Source: Saccostrea cucullata (lineage: Eukaryota). From it: 64,000 nucleotides of DNA. The stretch's first letter is position 1. The number at the start of each line of letters is the position of its first letter. Below the pieces are notes generated by a model. It had not been told where the DNA came from. It ran no database searches and saw only the letters and a list, made by a program, of their open reading frames with translations. The translations under genes and the position numbers were made by a program. Of this stretch, positions 1-12,340 are shown piece after piece. The DNA lies in the NCBI RefSeq assembly GCF_032062105.1, contig NW_026922705.1:62001-126000 (forward strand), written 5' to 3'.

Positions 1-155
1 AAACATGAACTTTTCTGGGCGAAAAGGAAAAGAAAAGATGTCCCCTAGGATGAGACACAGCCTCGTTCAACTCTATGTAGAGAACTATGACAGATGGACT
101 GATGAAGGCAATAAACTCGGTAAACAATGGGTTGCTGCAGAAGAGGAAGAAGTAA
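1..155 (+). pseudogene. 3' end of a putative BEN-domain-like coding sequence (probable frameshift near 90), convergent with the Tc1-like transposase
   Basis: The ORF-track frame gives NFSGRKGKEKMSPRMRHSLVQLYVENY. A shifted frame continues DGLMKAINSVNNGLLQKRKK* (TAA 153-155). Together these resemble the BEN G-x-x-GK..P motif plus the C-terminal IN..L..RK helix. AATAAA lies at ~424. Confidence 0.35.
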
Positions 156-319
156 AGAAATCTTCAGCATCTTTGGACTACAATACTAGTGTTTGGTGTT
201 CGACTCTTAAATGAAAAGTTGCCCTAAGATCAGAATTTGGCTGGAGGCATATATGATTTTGATTTTACTACAATACATGTGTATTTCAGTATTATTTGTA
301 ACACATGGGTTTTTTTTAT

Positions 320-414
320 ATTAAATGTGATAAGAGATGAACATAGACTTTAAAATATTGATGTTCTTAAATGTAATAAGAGATGAACATAGACTTTAAA
401 ATATTGATGTTCTT
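320..414. repeat. Tandem duplication of a ~46-bp unit
   Basis: ttaaatgt(g/a)ataagagatgaacatagactttaaaatattgatgttc occurs twice, adjacent. Confidence 0.85.
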
Positions 415-473
415 TTATTAAATAATAAATTTTATTGTAGTATTTTTTTTTCTTTTCTCTTTCACAGTTACTA

Positions 474-652
474 CTGCATACAGGGTTATTTTCGCCCTTT
501 CACACTTGGAAACAATTATGCCCCATTTTAAATTCATCCAGTTGCAATTCTGTTGATGAAATCATGCTGTGTATTTCTTAATTCCCCCACCTATGGATCA
601 AGGGGGTCAAAATTTTAAAATAAAATGGGCCTGAAAATTCCCCTGTATACAG
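474..652. mobile_element. Degenerate MITE (Tc1/mariner-type, TA TSD)
   Basis: TA|ctgcatacaggg ... ccctgtatacag|TA inverted termini. Confidence 0.55.
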
Positions 653-1852
653 TATTTAGCAAATTATGCCAGGAAGTAAATGTTTTGGGTTTTTTTTCAA
701 AATCAATATACATTTGTATTTCAGTCCGTCTGCTGAATCATAAGAAACCTAATTATATTTCTTTGGGAGGGGGCTCTGTATCTACAGATGCTTTTTTCCT
801 ATGGTATTTTCAATAGACAATTTTGTGATCAGAAGGAAGGAGTTATCTGGGAAAGAGTTATCCACCAGTTACCTTAAGCCTAAGATCATAAACTGAGAAT
901 AGATTTAAAACAAATTTTCACACAAATATAACTTTTAAAATAATTTTGATGATTTAAGAAAGTTTTCTTCTGTCATGTGTATAAATTTGAATAAAATATT
1001 AAAATTTGAAAATTTAAATTTTGATTTAGTTCTATTCTCAACTTATAGTCTTAGAGCAGAGCTCACTTCAGTTCAAGTATTTTCACAAAACAAATTTAAG
1101 GACACAGACGAAATGTCACTCTTATCATGGTATCCAAAACATATACAATTAACACGTGTTGAGATTTTTGAATTAAGATGATTTTATTCACAATGCACAC
1201 TAAGAACCTTCCATACTTGTCAATGATATGACCTGGAACTGCCAATACAATAAACATAAAAATATTTCTGAAAAGATATCCATGTTAAAACAATAAAATC
1301 AATATTAATTGATATGCATTAATTATATAATACTCAAAGAGTATGCCAAACAACAAACAAAAGAATAAAAAAAAGTATTTTAAAAAATCCCTTCTATGTA
1401 CAGCTTTTATATTTCAAATACAGTGAACCTATGTTACATTCATTGACAAAAATTGTGTTAAATGTCCAATACAGTATTTAGGTTTGTCTGCAGAGATACC
1501 AGTATTCCATGTACATTTAAAAGTGCATTAGATAGTAAAAAATATTTACATTTTTGAGAAATACTGTGTGTACAAATTTCCTCTTTGTTAACATCATTAA
1601 TATTTGCTCAAATCTAATACCCAAGTATATTGAAAGAAAAAAAGCGGATGAAACAAAAATTGACTATAGACAAAAATAATACTAATCTTATTAACATATG
1701 TATATATTTATAACAAGACATTTACATCACACACAAACATATATATATCTTAATACACATTCTCTTAATTGTTGGTTCCAACTTCACTTTTTCAGTAATG
1801 GTTTACTAGTGGTAAACAATGGTATTTACAGATCGAAAGTTCAGTTAGCCAC

Positions 1853-4800
1853 TTAAAAGTTTGTTGCCTCTCCACCATTTAGAATAACTTGTGGAATAAC
1901 TCGATGTATGTGGTCGATGTACTTTCCACACTGCTCTGTAGTAAGGTTCTCCCAAAACGATCTGATACCATTCACAAGCTCATCTCTCGTCTTGGGCTTG
2001 ATCTGTGTCTGGAGATGGTGTTTCATCGATGCCCAGACATTCTCAATGGGGTTCAGGTCTGGAGAGGAAGCGGGGGTCTTCATGACGCTGGTTAGGATAC
2101 CATTCTGACTCATCCATTCTTTCGTTGACCTACTCGTGTGTTTGGAGTCATTGTCCTGAAGTAAAAATAAAAAACAAATAAATATAATGAGGTCATGAGA
2201 TATAATTTGAGCCTATGCATAATTCCTGCTCTAAAGGAAAGATAAGACATTCAATTTCCAGATTTTGCTATAAGAGAAAGAATACTTGGGTAAGCACAAA
2301 GTAGAAATAGTAAAAACTCTTTCTTTAATGGTTCAAATGTTAGTTAAGTTACAGGAATTGCTTAAATTAAAGTTATGTAACAAACATTTTCTACTCAAGA
2401 TGTATCAACTGCAAATAATAGCAGATTAATCTGATGTAGGTTTCACGTAAATAAGTTTTAAGCCCAGTGTGAAAAGCATACTTCTGTGTCTTTTTACATG
2501 AACCCAAACAGGAGATTACTGTAAAATCAAAGTTATTCACACGCGTGAAATATTAATTACTATTGCAACCTACTTTGAGTCGCAAATATTAATTCCCATG
2601 AACCATTTATTTTGCTTTGTTTTGTAGAAAATGTTTCCTTGTACTTGAAAATTAGTTATCTTGGATTGATTTAAACTGAAGAATTGCAAATAAAAGATGA
2701 CACAAATAATAGTTGGTTTACAGTAAATCTTAAAAGCCTAATCTTTATATGTAATTTGTATCAGAAAGTAAAAATTTAAATTTATTTACCTGATAAAATC
2801 GAAATCCTTCAGGAAACTTCTCCCTCACAAATGGCAAGAGATTGGCTCCCAGAATTCTTTGGTACAGGGAAGAGTTCATAATGCCGGTGAATATGCATAT
2901 CGGGGTCCTTCCTCTGTATGAAATTCCTGCCCAAACATGGACCTGAAAAAAATTCAATGCATTTGTAAACAATTCATCACTATTCAAAAAGTAGCTTGCA
3001 CCATGTTGACTAATTTGAATGAAAGCAAGGGTTGTTTAGATCAGATGTGGTTCTATTTGCTCCATTAATTAATAAAAACTTTTTTTTCTCTTTTTACAAT
3101 CCTAAAAGCAGATAGGCGTAATTAAAAACATAATCAAAACATATCGTGGTATAAAAATATATTATATTTCATTCAAGTATATATTTATGTTGCTAAGCTT
3201 TGAACTAAAAACACAACAACCACTGAACAACAGACATCTCAAGTCTGTCATCTGTATTTACTGTACATTATCATAGCAAGCAACAAAATACAAAGGGTAC
3301 ATGAAAGTTGATATGCTATTCACATTCCTAGAAAAAATAATTCTACTCTACATTGAGTACGAGATAGTAGATGCTCCTTTCAAGTTACGTAATCAACAAC
3401 ATGAACAAAAAGCAACATGTTGAGTGTTGAATATTGGCACAGATCCATGTTTTGCTACAATCTTTCTATAGAAATTGTTAATAGTGTATTTGAAACACCT
3501 TTAGTTACCTTATAAGCATGCTTTGGCCTTGATCGTTTGCGTGTTGACATCTGCATCCCTGTGGTACAATGGTGGAAGAAAAGCTTCCCATGGGCATTCA
3601 TTTCCACAGAACTTTCATCGGCAAAGATGACATCATGAAAGTTCTCTCGTCTCCTGAACATCTGACAGGACCATTGCATTCGAGCCTGAAAATAAAATAA
3701 AACATTAAATAGGTTGCAGGCACTCTAAAAAAAGTGTGAAATTCTTAGTGCATCAATTTTATTAAATAAGTAGTATATCATTTTATTATATATAATAAAA
3801 TAATTATGTAACAGTAAGAAACATTTATTTACCATTTATTTCCTATTAAATAAATGTTACATTTGGTTTTTATTGTCTGTACTACAATGTGCTTTTGTAT
3901 GTGTACAAACTTCTTGATACTGTTATACTTATACAAGACTTAGTGTATGTTTAGGATGGAAATTATACAGCCTATTCAACTGCCCAATGTTGTCCGTTAC
4001 TCACATGCCAAGAGGCAGGAAGTGAGAAAAAAGTGAAAATGAATGCTCAGTGATCACCTGCTTTATTCATTCAATCTGATAGTTTCTATTTTCTACAGCC
4101 TGTTCAACTGCTCAATGCTGTCCGTTACTCACAGGCCAAGGGGCAGGGTGTGAGAAACATAAGGGAAACAAGTTTATATGAAGGCCCAGTGATCATCTGC
4201 TTTATGCATTCTGATAGTTTCTATTTTTTATTGTTTTTAAAACAGGAAATAGTGACTTTGTAGGCAATATTGTAGTGGAACGAGTTATCTTATTTTGTAC
4301 TTCTGCATCCTGTGTGAGAGTTATCGTTCGTTGTGTGAAAAAGGCGCAAAGAATGCACGCTTGTTTTTGTTCTGCCATGTGAATGTGAACATGATCGCTG
4401 AGAAAGTTGGTCAAGCACCTCGTTGTAAGTGTATTATCATATTGTTTGTTAAAGATAGGCATATCGATAGGTGATATTTTAGCAAGTTGACTCTTTTAAA
4501 GCTTGTATTCATGGACAGTTCGAATTTCCTCAACCTCTGTTTTGGTATTTTCTATAGTTTATAATTCTGTATCTCGTGACTTAAATTCATTACTGAGTAT
4601 GTGTGTGTTAGTGTATGTGAGAATGTAAGAACTTATTAGTGTTTTGTTTATTGTAGTTCTTACGGCGAACTTATGCTGAAATAAAGACCGTAAACTAACT
4701 GCCGAGTGTTTTGTGGTAAATACGGGGGCAGCATAAGTATTAAGAATTTGGTGCTTTAAAAAATCAATTTATTTTGAAAATATTATTAATGATCATGATT

Positions 4801-5346
4801 ATGTTCTCTCAAATTTCACCATGTTCACAGAGGAAAATGTTTTTCTAAATTTAAAATCCAGTTTTTTATTTGAATTTGGCCCTTTTTATTACAAACGAAC
4901 AAAATCAAAACAAAAAAAAAATCGAAACAAACATAGTTAACGTTCGTACTTACCCGCTTGTTGGCATGGCTGATCTGCTGGCAGTATTTCCCGGTGTTGC
5001 TGCTCCACCCCATTTCTGGTCTTGCTTTGTTCACCGTAGACAATGACACACACACATGAAAAAGTTCTCTTAACCGGTTTCTAATTGCTCCAGCCGTTAG
5101 TTCTTTATTTTCGGACATCCACATATGAATGAATTGTTTGTGCACAAACAACAGTTTTCTCTTCGTTACAAACTTTGAATGTCTCCTCCTCACGATGGTC
5201 CCGTGTCTTAAAAACTTGTAGATAGCCTCTCTGGAAACACTAGTCCCATGGTGAATCTTCAAAAGCCTCTGAATTTCACCCACAGAACGTCCTTCTTGTC
5301 GATAACGACACACACCCGCTTTCACATCTACTCTCATCCGCGCCAT
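1853..5346 (-). CDS. Intron-containing Tc1-like transposase, DD36E (TLEWI-like), 341 aa, apparently intact
   Basis: Four exons joined by canonical GT-AG phase-0 introns: 5346-4954 (HTH DNA-binding region), 3685-3509 (VIFADES, first D), 2942-2790 (VHVWAGISYRG...FYQ), 2155-1853 (DNDSKH...SPDLNPIENVW). There are 36 residues between the second D and the E, and no stops in the spliced ORF. Confidence 0.93.
2519..2723. mobile_element. Degenerate MITE inside transposase intron 3 (similar to 24766-24986)
   Basis: TA|ctgtaaaatcaaagttattc ... aataatagttggtttacag|TA. Confidence 0.6.
3965..4228. repeat. ~130-bp diverged tandem duplication in transposase intron 1
   Basis: tacagcct(a/g)ttcaactgc(c/t)caatg(t/c)tgtccgttactcaca... 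starts at ~3966 and ~4093. Both copies end with cagtgatca...tctgatagtttctattt. Confidence 0.75.
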
Positions 5347-5557
5347 TTTGGAAATTGAAGTCGGTCGAGCTCGGAATACTCAATTTAGTTTTTCGAGCTC
5401 GATTTTAGATAACAAAATTCACGGAAATATTAATATAGTCCTGTTCATAATATTTATCTTTTATAAGTCGAATATTTACTGCTATATCGGTGCTAAAAAT
5501 TGTATTTAAATATTAATTTCGTTTTTTCATTATTGATTCCGATTTTTAACATACCCG

Positions 5558-5697
5558 ATAGGATAGGATAGGATAGGATAGGATAGGATTGGTCCCCTAA
5601 AAGAAGTATAGGAAATAGGATAGAGAGGATAGGATTCAGGATACAGGATTCACGATAGGATAGGATAGAATTGTCAACTTATAGGATAGCAGCACTG
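5558..5697 (-). mobile_element. Upstream terminal inverted repeat of the DD36E element, with internal (GGATA)n repeats
   Basis: The minus strand begins TA|CAGTGCTGCTATCCTAT (Tc1-type CAGT terminus after TA at 5698-5699). Sequence just beyond it is a truncated HINE. The partner TIR is not in the window. Confidence 0.7.
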
Positions 5698-5699
5698 TA

Positions 5700-5987
5700 C
5701 CGAGTGAAATGTATTGAAACTTTCACAAAATCTTTATTACATATTGCCATTGTGCTTCTTCTATTTTACTTTTTTTATTCGACACATATTTTAGGTTTCC
5801 CATAGCAAAACATGGACATTGCCATTATATGTTTACCTATGACGTCACATATAGAAGCTTATGGATAACATTTGATAGGACGAGTTATTCCTCTTTACAC
5901 ATTACCGTAAAACAGTGTTTAGCAACACATGGACATTATGGGAGGCGGGTATCATTTAATGAGCTCATTGCTCACAGTACCTCTAGT
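5700..5987 (+). mobile_element. 3' part of a non-autonomous Helentron (HINE family B), interrupted by the DD36E element
   Basis: Homologous to 18560-18741 (gaaactttcac...gggaggcggg.tatcattta.tgagctcattgctcacagtacctctagt). Confidence 0.75.
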
Positions 5988-6429
5988 CAGTATTTACATT
6001 TTGTGCAATTAGGAAAACTACTTGTTACTTCTGTAACTAACTTGGAAGTCCTAGCTTTAAGCTTTTTCATAGATTGCTGCCACTGATAATTACTTTTCCT
6101 CTGTTTCTTTGTCTTGTGATCAAAAAAAGGAAAGAGTGTTTTTTTTTTTAATTTCGAGATATAGATATACATGTAATATACAGCAGGAATCAAATTCCAA
6201 ACTATGTCAGTTGACATATTGTCGAGCGGAATATATAATAGCAATCGGGGTCGCACCTTGTTGATCTAAGTCTTGAGGATGATTTCCTATATAATATAAT
6301 ATAATTTTTCTTAATATATGATTGACAAATGATTGTTTACAAAGGCCTGCAAAATATACTAATAGATGACCAACCTTATCTAGGTAAATAATCACGTTAA
6401 TATTGAATAGTAAATCAAATAATTACAGA

Positions 6430-6965
6430 TGATTAAGAAAATGGCAGTGGGTAGGCTATCCCTTACACTGGCCAACCTCGGACTGACGCTTGTACTGCAG
6501 CAGCCTTATTCAGGACACAGTCAGTACAAGTGACAGCCCTTCAACTTCAGCTAGCACACTGCTAGCCTTATTCAGGAAGACACACTGTACACAACAGCCT
6601 GGTTGCCATACGGTTCAACAAACTTAAGACGAATTACAGTTGTGGTGGCTAACCTCCGTTGCTGGTTAGCCTCTGAGTGGCTTGCTACTCCAAAACATAA
6701 CAGTCTTTATTAATTCACGCTTTGTGTAGACTACACCTTATTTTTTTTTTATAAGGTGGACTTCTTCTGTAAGCTGACTATTTTGTTAAGTCTCACTTAC
6801 TGCTGTTATGGTTCGCACACGTCTTACTCTTAGCACAGCTTGCGCTGGAATGGACGCTTTGTAATGCGGATTCAGCCTTTATATACCTTTTAAAGAGGAT
6901 GTTAACATTCACATCCTAATCACCGAACCTAAATGATTACAATATAAATTTCCGGAATATTACAA
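6430..6965 (-). mobile_element. Possible LTR-like sequence
   Basis: GC-richer island. On the minus strand it has a TGTAAT start (~6964), a TATA box (~6880) and AATAAA (~6705). TSD and PBS not resolved. Confidence 0.3.
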
Positions 6966-7029
6966 TATCCTTTCTTTCAACGTGTTAAAATAAATTGTAT
7001 TTGCATAAGCAAAAATAGACTTGCTCAGC

Positions 7030-7505
7030 TATGTTTTTATTGTTTTCAAATCACTGCTTTAGTGAAACTAAGTGTCATCTTCTCAAAATCATCCCTCAGA
7101 AATTTGTTTTCGTCTTCCAGTCTTTCTAATGAGGGCTTGAACCTGTTCTTCACACTTGCGCTGTAGCAGTTCCTGTTCTTGTTTCACACACAAGTCTCAG
7201 CATTCTTGTCGCACACACTCTTCAGGTTCTGTTTTGTCACAATCAGACCTGTCATGTTTGTACGGGTACATGTATATCACAGACAGATCGCAATGGCATT
7301 TGTGAGGAGGATCTAGTCGTGACACACACTGGTTCTTCCTGGCTCAAGGAGAGTAGAAATTAAGCAGATTCGTTCTTCGCAATGTTCTGTTTTGTTTCAA
7401 GAAGCCTCTGGTGATGTTGAACTTTTTCTTGCAGAATGCTTTTAGGAACGGCTCGGTGAGAAAAGATTGTTGGCACAAAATCTGGATTTATGTGATCCCT
7501 TGAGG
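7030..7505 (-). pseudogene. Decayed THAP C-terminus plus coiled-coil fragment (DNA transposon-derived)
   Basis: The minus strand reads RDHINPDFVPTIFSHRAVPK... (THAP AVPTIF-type motif), then coiled-coil-like pieces (KQEQELLQRKCEEQ, LERLEDENKFLRDDFE) broken by stops and frameshifts. Confidence 0.55.
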
Positions 7506-8100
7506 TATGGCCTATATATAAAATATTTACTGTATTAATTACTGTAGGTAATAGGTTTTGTGTGAAATTATGCTTTTAAGGATGTATTCTGCTGATATGC
7601 GGGAAAAAACGTGCATTAAACTTTCCACGTGCTTATATTTTTCAGAAAGTTTAATATCCAAGGAACAATTTAAAGACAAGAAAAGTGTATGTCAGTGTTC
7701 ATCTAAGAGATATTCAACCTCAAAGATAGGCCAAAATAGAGCATCGAAAATTTCATTGAAAAAGATATTAGACTATAAAATACCTTATGAACATAAAAAT
7801 ACAATCAATTTAAATCTAATTTGGCTTAAATTTACTTGAAAGTATTGCAAAGTTGATTTTTTAAAGCAAAATATGAGCAAATAAATACCAATTATATAAT
7901 TTGTACCCTAAAAAAGTGTTCACTGGTGTCAAATTTAGGCAAATTTTTCCCTATGAAATTTCTCGGAAAATCAGAGAAAAACATATTTCTACAATTAAAC
8001 TTTTCCAGAAAACTGTTGTACAATTTCTTAAGGTATATATTATGGTTCCTTTTCATAGCAAGAAATGTAGGGGGTAGTTAACATATAAGAAATTTTGATA

Positions 8101-8786
8101 TTTTTAGCTCTACTGGTCAGAAACCAGAACCTATGCGATAGAAATGCGCCCGGCGTCCGTCCTTCTGTCTGTCTAGCTGTCCGTCTGTCTGTAAACAATT
8201 TTTCAAAACGCTACTCCTTGTACAGTTTGGGTCTGATTTCAATATAACTTGGCAAACAAGTAGACTACACTAAGATACATAAAATTATGCATCGGTTTTT
8301 GATTTTTATGAACGGTGTTACATGTACCATGGTAACTAAAAACAGAAATTTCTGTTAAATTCCTTTAAAATGCTACTCCTCCTACAGTTTTGATCTGATT
8401 TCAACATAACTTGGCACACAAGTAGACTACACTAAGATACATAAAATTATGCATCGGTGTTTGATTTCGACGAACGGTGTTGCCATTGTTACTAAAAATA
8501 GAATTTTCTGTGAAATTCCTTTAAAATGCTACTCCTCCTAAAGTTTTATCTGATTTCAATATTGCTTGGCACACAAGTAGACTACACTAAGATACATAGA
8601 ATAATGCATTGGATTTTGATTTCCATGAATGATGTTACCATTGTTACAAAAAATAAAAATGTCTGTGAAATTCCTTTAAAACGCTACTCCTTCTACAGTT
8701 TTGGTCTAATGGCAATGACCTCTTTTCTCATACACTTTTAAGAACAAATCAGTAGAGCTACAGTCTCGACAGAGACCTCTGGTTTT
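8101..8786 (+). mobile_element. Non-autonomous Helentron (HINE family A) with ~3 copies of a 156-bp satellite unit
   Basis: 5' tttttagctctactggtcaga, (CCGT/CTGT)n microsatellite, central tandem units, 3' cagtagagctacagtctcgacagagacctctggtttt (subTIR + hairpin), inserted in T runs. Confidence 0.88.
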
Positions 8787-8984
8787 TTATATCCCCACCC
8801 TATTCCTTTTTCAGCATTTAATGAAAATAAATCAAGGCATTTAGGTTATGTGTTTCTATTCACCAAATAATAAAACTTAGTGTGAAAATTTCATGTTCTA
8901 ATTGGAATTTTGTTAAGAAAAGCTTTTTATGAACAAAAAGTAATCATTTAACAAATAAAACTTCAAAATAGTTTGTTGGAATGT

Positions 8985-9170
8985 TCTCTCTCTTGCCATG
9001 TGGGTTTCGGATTGGGTCCTGGCGTGGTGTTGGATGGTGGCTTCCCTGGGACTAGTCAAATCCAGTCTCACCTTCTCAGTCTGATTGGCATGGTTTTCTC
9101 TGATTTAAGTGATTCAATCCCTGCCCTCTTGTAAAGTTCTTCATGTGTGATTTTTCATCAGAAAACAATA
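8985..9170 (-). mobile_element. Short decayed LINE (RTE-like) 3' coding fragment
   Basis: The minus strand reads KITHEELYKRAG...IRLRR.DWI, like the C-terminal ITNEEL..RRRW.W.GH region of RTE-type ORFs. Confidence 0.35.
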
Positions 9171-10507
9171 CTGACCCCTAAAAAATAGTTTAGAAAAAAA
9201 TAGATTATAATTACTGGTAATATCATTAATCAAAAAATGTAAAATTATTATTTTTGTCTATCTGACTTTGTTTTAATGAACGCCAGCTAGTAGTGTAGAC
9301 TCAAATGATTTCTACATGTTCTATTATTCCATTTTTTAACCCGCATAGGCCGCCATAGAATGAAGCCATAGAATGAAGCGGCCTAGTTTCTTACCGAATG
9401 TAAACAGGTAAAAATCATAAATGTTATCTTTTTAGGTCACAGTAAACTCAAGTGACCTATTGCTTTCTGTTTTCGTCCGGCGTCGTGCGGCTGTGCGTCG
9501 TTCGTCGTGTGTTAACATTTGAACATTTTAAGCTTCTTCTCTGCAACCACTTAACCAATTCCCACCAAATTTTACATAAAGCATCTATGGGTAAAGGGGA
9601 ACAAATATTTTGAATTTCATGGTCCCTGCCCCTCAGGGACCTGAGGGGTGGGGCCAAATCCACAAAAAATAGTGCAATCTTTAAAAATCTTCTTCTTTAC
9701 ATCTGGACATCAAGCAGTCAAACTATTAGCATGAATGTAATGACCATTGAGGTGGGGCTCTATTGGTTATATAGTGAAAATGCATGATTTCTTTATAAAT
9801 CTTCTTCTCTGCTCCTGGGTATTCAACAATCTAACTAAGTATATAGTTATAATGAGCAAGAATGCCTCTTCCAAAATTGTGAATTTCATCGCCCCAGGGT
9901 CAGGGGTTCTGGTGTAATGGCGAGGCTCTATTGATTTTATAGTGATAATACATTAATTCTTTGAAAATCTTCTCTCCTACTGGGTATCAAATAAACTAAC
10001 TAAGTACCTAGTAATGATGAGCAAGAATGTTTCTTCCAAAATTGTAAATTTTATGCCCCAGGTTCATGATCAGGGGTTCCAGTGCTAGGGCGGGGTTCTA
10101 TTGGTTATACAGTGAAAATACATTATTTCTTTGAAATTCTTCTTTTCTGCTCCTGGGCATTAAATAAGCTGACCAAGTGCATAGTTATGTTGAATAAGAC
10201 TGCCTCTTCTCAAATTGTGAATCTAATGGTCCATGGCCAGAGGTCCTAGTGGTAGGGTGGGACTCTATAGATTATATAGTTGAAAATGCAAATAATCTTT
10301 GAAATTCTTCTTTTCTGTTCACAGGCATTTAATAAAGTAACCAAGTACACAGCTATGTTGAATAAGGCTGCCTCTTCCAAAATTTTGAATTTCATGGCCC
10401 TAGGGTCAGGGGTTCTAATGTTAGGGCGGGGCTATATAGATTATGTAGTAAAACATGAATCATTTCTTTTAAAATCTTCTTCTTTGCTCCTGAGTATTCT
10501 ACCATGA

Positions 10508-11846
10508 TTATTGTAGAGATCAAAGGAAACCGGTGGACATTATTCTCCACTAAATCACGAACGTCATCAAAAAATTATCAGATCGGAAACACGTATCAAA
10601 TCTGAGCAATTCAAATGCATGTTTGGCTGTAGAATGAAACACTTGTTTAGACCGCATCGATGTGTCGTCTTTTGCAGTATAAACACTGTACATTGCATCA
10701 AATTGCTGAAGAATGTCGGTTTTTATAGCTAAGCGGGGCTATTCCACGGACCTCCCTACACATTAAACAACGTGATTTTAGCAGTAAAACAGGAACATGA
10801 TTTTGTTATTGTATATTCATTTTAACTGATCAATACATATTACGAACAAATTTGTAATTTAACAAGAGACCCAGGGGCCACAGCGCTCACCTGAGCACAC
10901 CGGCTAGGAAAAAGCAAATATCAGATCATAAATGAAAGTTTACTGAGGTTGGAGGGGGGCTTAAATTTTAACCCCCAGGGGGTCATGATTTAAATAAATT
11001 AGAATCTACACTGAGGATGATTCCATATAAATGTTACTAATCTTGGCTTTGAAGTACTTGAAAAGGAGATTTTAAAAGATTTCCCTATATATTCTTATGA
11101 AAAACATTGATCGACCATTTTTGCCCCACCCTACCCCGGGGTTCATAATGTGAACAAATTTGAATCTACACCACCTGAGGATGATTTCACATGTGTTCTA
11201 TCTTTAATGGCCCAGTGGTTCTTCAGAATAAGATTTTTAAAGATTGTTCCTATATATTCCTATGTAAAACTTTGATCGGCCATTTTGGCCCCACCCTACC
11301 CCCAGGGGTCATGATTTGAACAAACTTTAATATACACTACCTGAGGATGATTCCACATGAATGATTCCACATGAGTTTCATCGTTCCTCGCCCAGTGGTT
11401 CGTGAGAAAATTTTTAAAGACTGTTCCTATATATTCCTATGTAAAACTTTGATCGGTCATTTTAGCCCCACCCTACCACCTGGGGTCATGATTTGAACAA
11501 ACATGAATTTATACTACCTGAGGATGATTCCACATGAGTTTCATCGTTCCTGGCCCAGTGGTTCTTGAGAAAAAGATTTTTAAAGATTTTTGCTATACCT
11601 ATGTAAAACTTCGATCGGCCAGTTTGGCCCCACCCTACCCCTGGGAGTCATGATTTGAACAAACTTGAATCTACACTATCTGAGCATGATACCACATTAG
11701 TTTCATCCTTCCTGGCCAAGTGGTTCTTGAGAAGAAGATTTTTTTAAAATGCCATTAATTTTTCCTAATTCAAATTAATTATCTCCCCTTTGAAGAGGGC
11801 GTGGCCCTTCTTTTGAACAAACTTGAACCCCCTTCACCCAAGTATA

Positions 11847-11878
<32 letters not shown>

Positions 11879-11886
11879 AGATTCTT

Positions 11887-11927
<41 letters not shown>

Positions 11928-11955
11928 AAGACGACGGATAAATTTTGATCAGAAT

Positions 11956-11991
<36 letters not shown>

Positions 11992-12340
11992 GGCTATTTT
12001 TAATGTAACGAAAGCTCAAATCGTCTGCATTCTATACACAAGTAAGCAAACAAATTTTACCTCTGATGTTAAATGAAAGAGCGTAATCGAGACATGGTGA
12101 CCTAATTCGTTTCTCTGTAGAGGAAACGATTATCCGTAATTTACGATTGTAGAATAAATGGTAGAATAGAAATAAAGTCCTTGTTGTCGTGAATGATGCA
12201 GAATAACCTCCTCGGTTTCGAAATGTTGTTTGAAATATAAAAGCCTCGGCTAACGCCTCGGCTTTTATCTTTCAAACCACATTTATCGACCTCGGAGGTT
12301 ATTCTACAGCATTCACGAAAACGCGGACTTTATTTCTTAA
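10508..12340. mobile_element. Non-autonomous element with a long terminal hairpin (Crypton/MER131-like), nested in HINE C
   Basis: Interrupts a satellite unit. Ends with a ~175-bp imperfect palindrome (12167-12338) centred on aaagcctcggctaacgcctcggctttt, followed by TTAA. Confidence 0.55.
10861..11991 (-). mobile_element. Non-autonomous Helentron carrying ~5 Cg170/HindIII-like ~166-bp satellite units
   Basis: Termini aacaagagacccaggggccacagcgctcacctgag and gctcacttgagccttcggctcaggtgagctaaaa. Units ggccccaccctacccc..ggggtcatgatttgaacaaacttgaatctacactacctgaggat resemble the oyster 166-bp satellite. Confidence 0.9.

Noticed and set aside
4270-4735. Possible solo LTR in transposase intron 1 (TG...CA, AATAAA)
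   Set aside because: No matching TSD or terminal inverted repeat could be identified.
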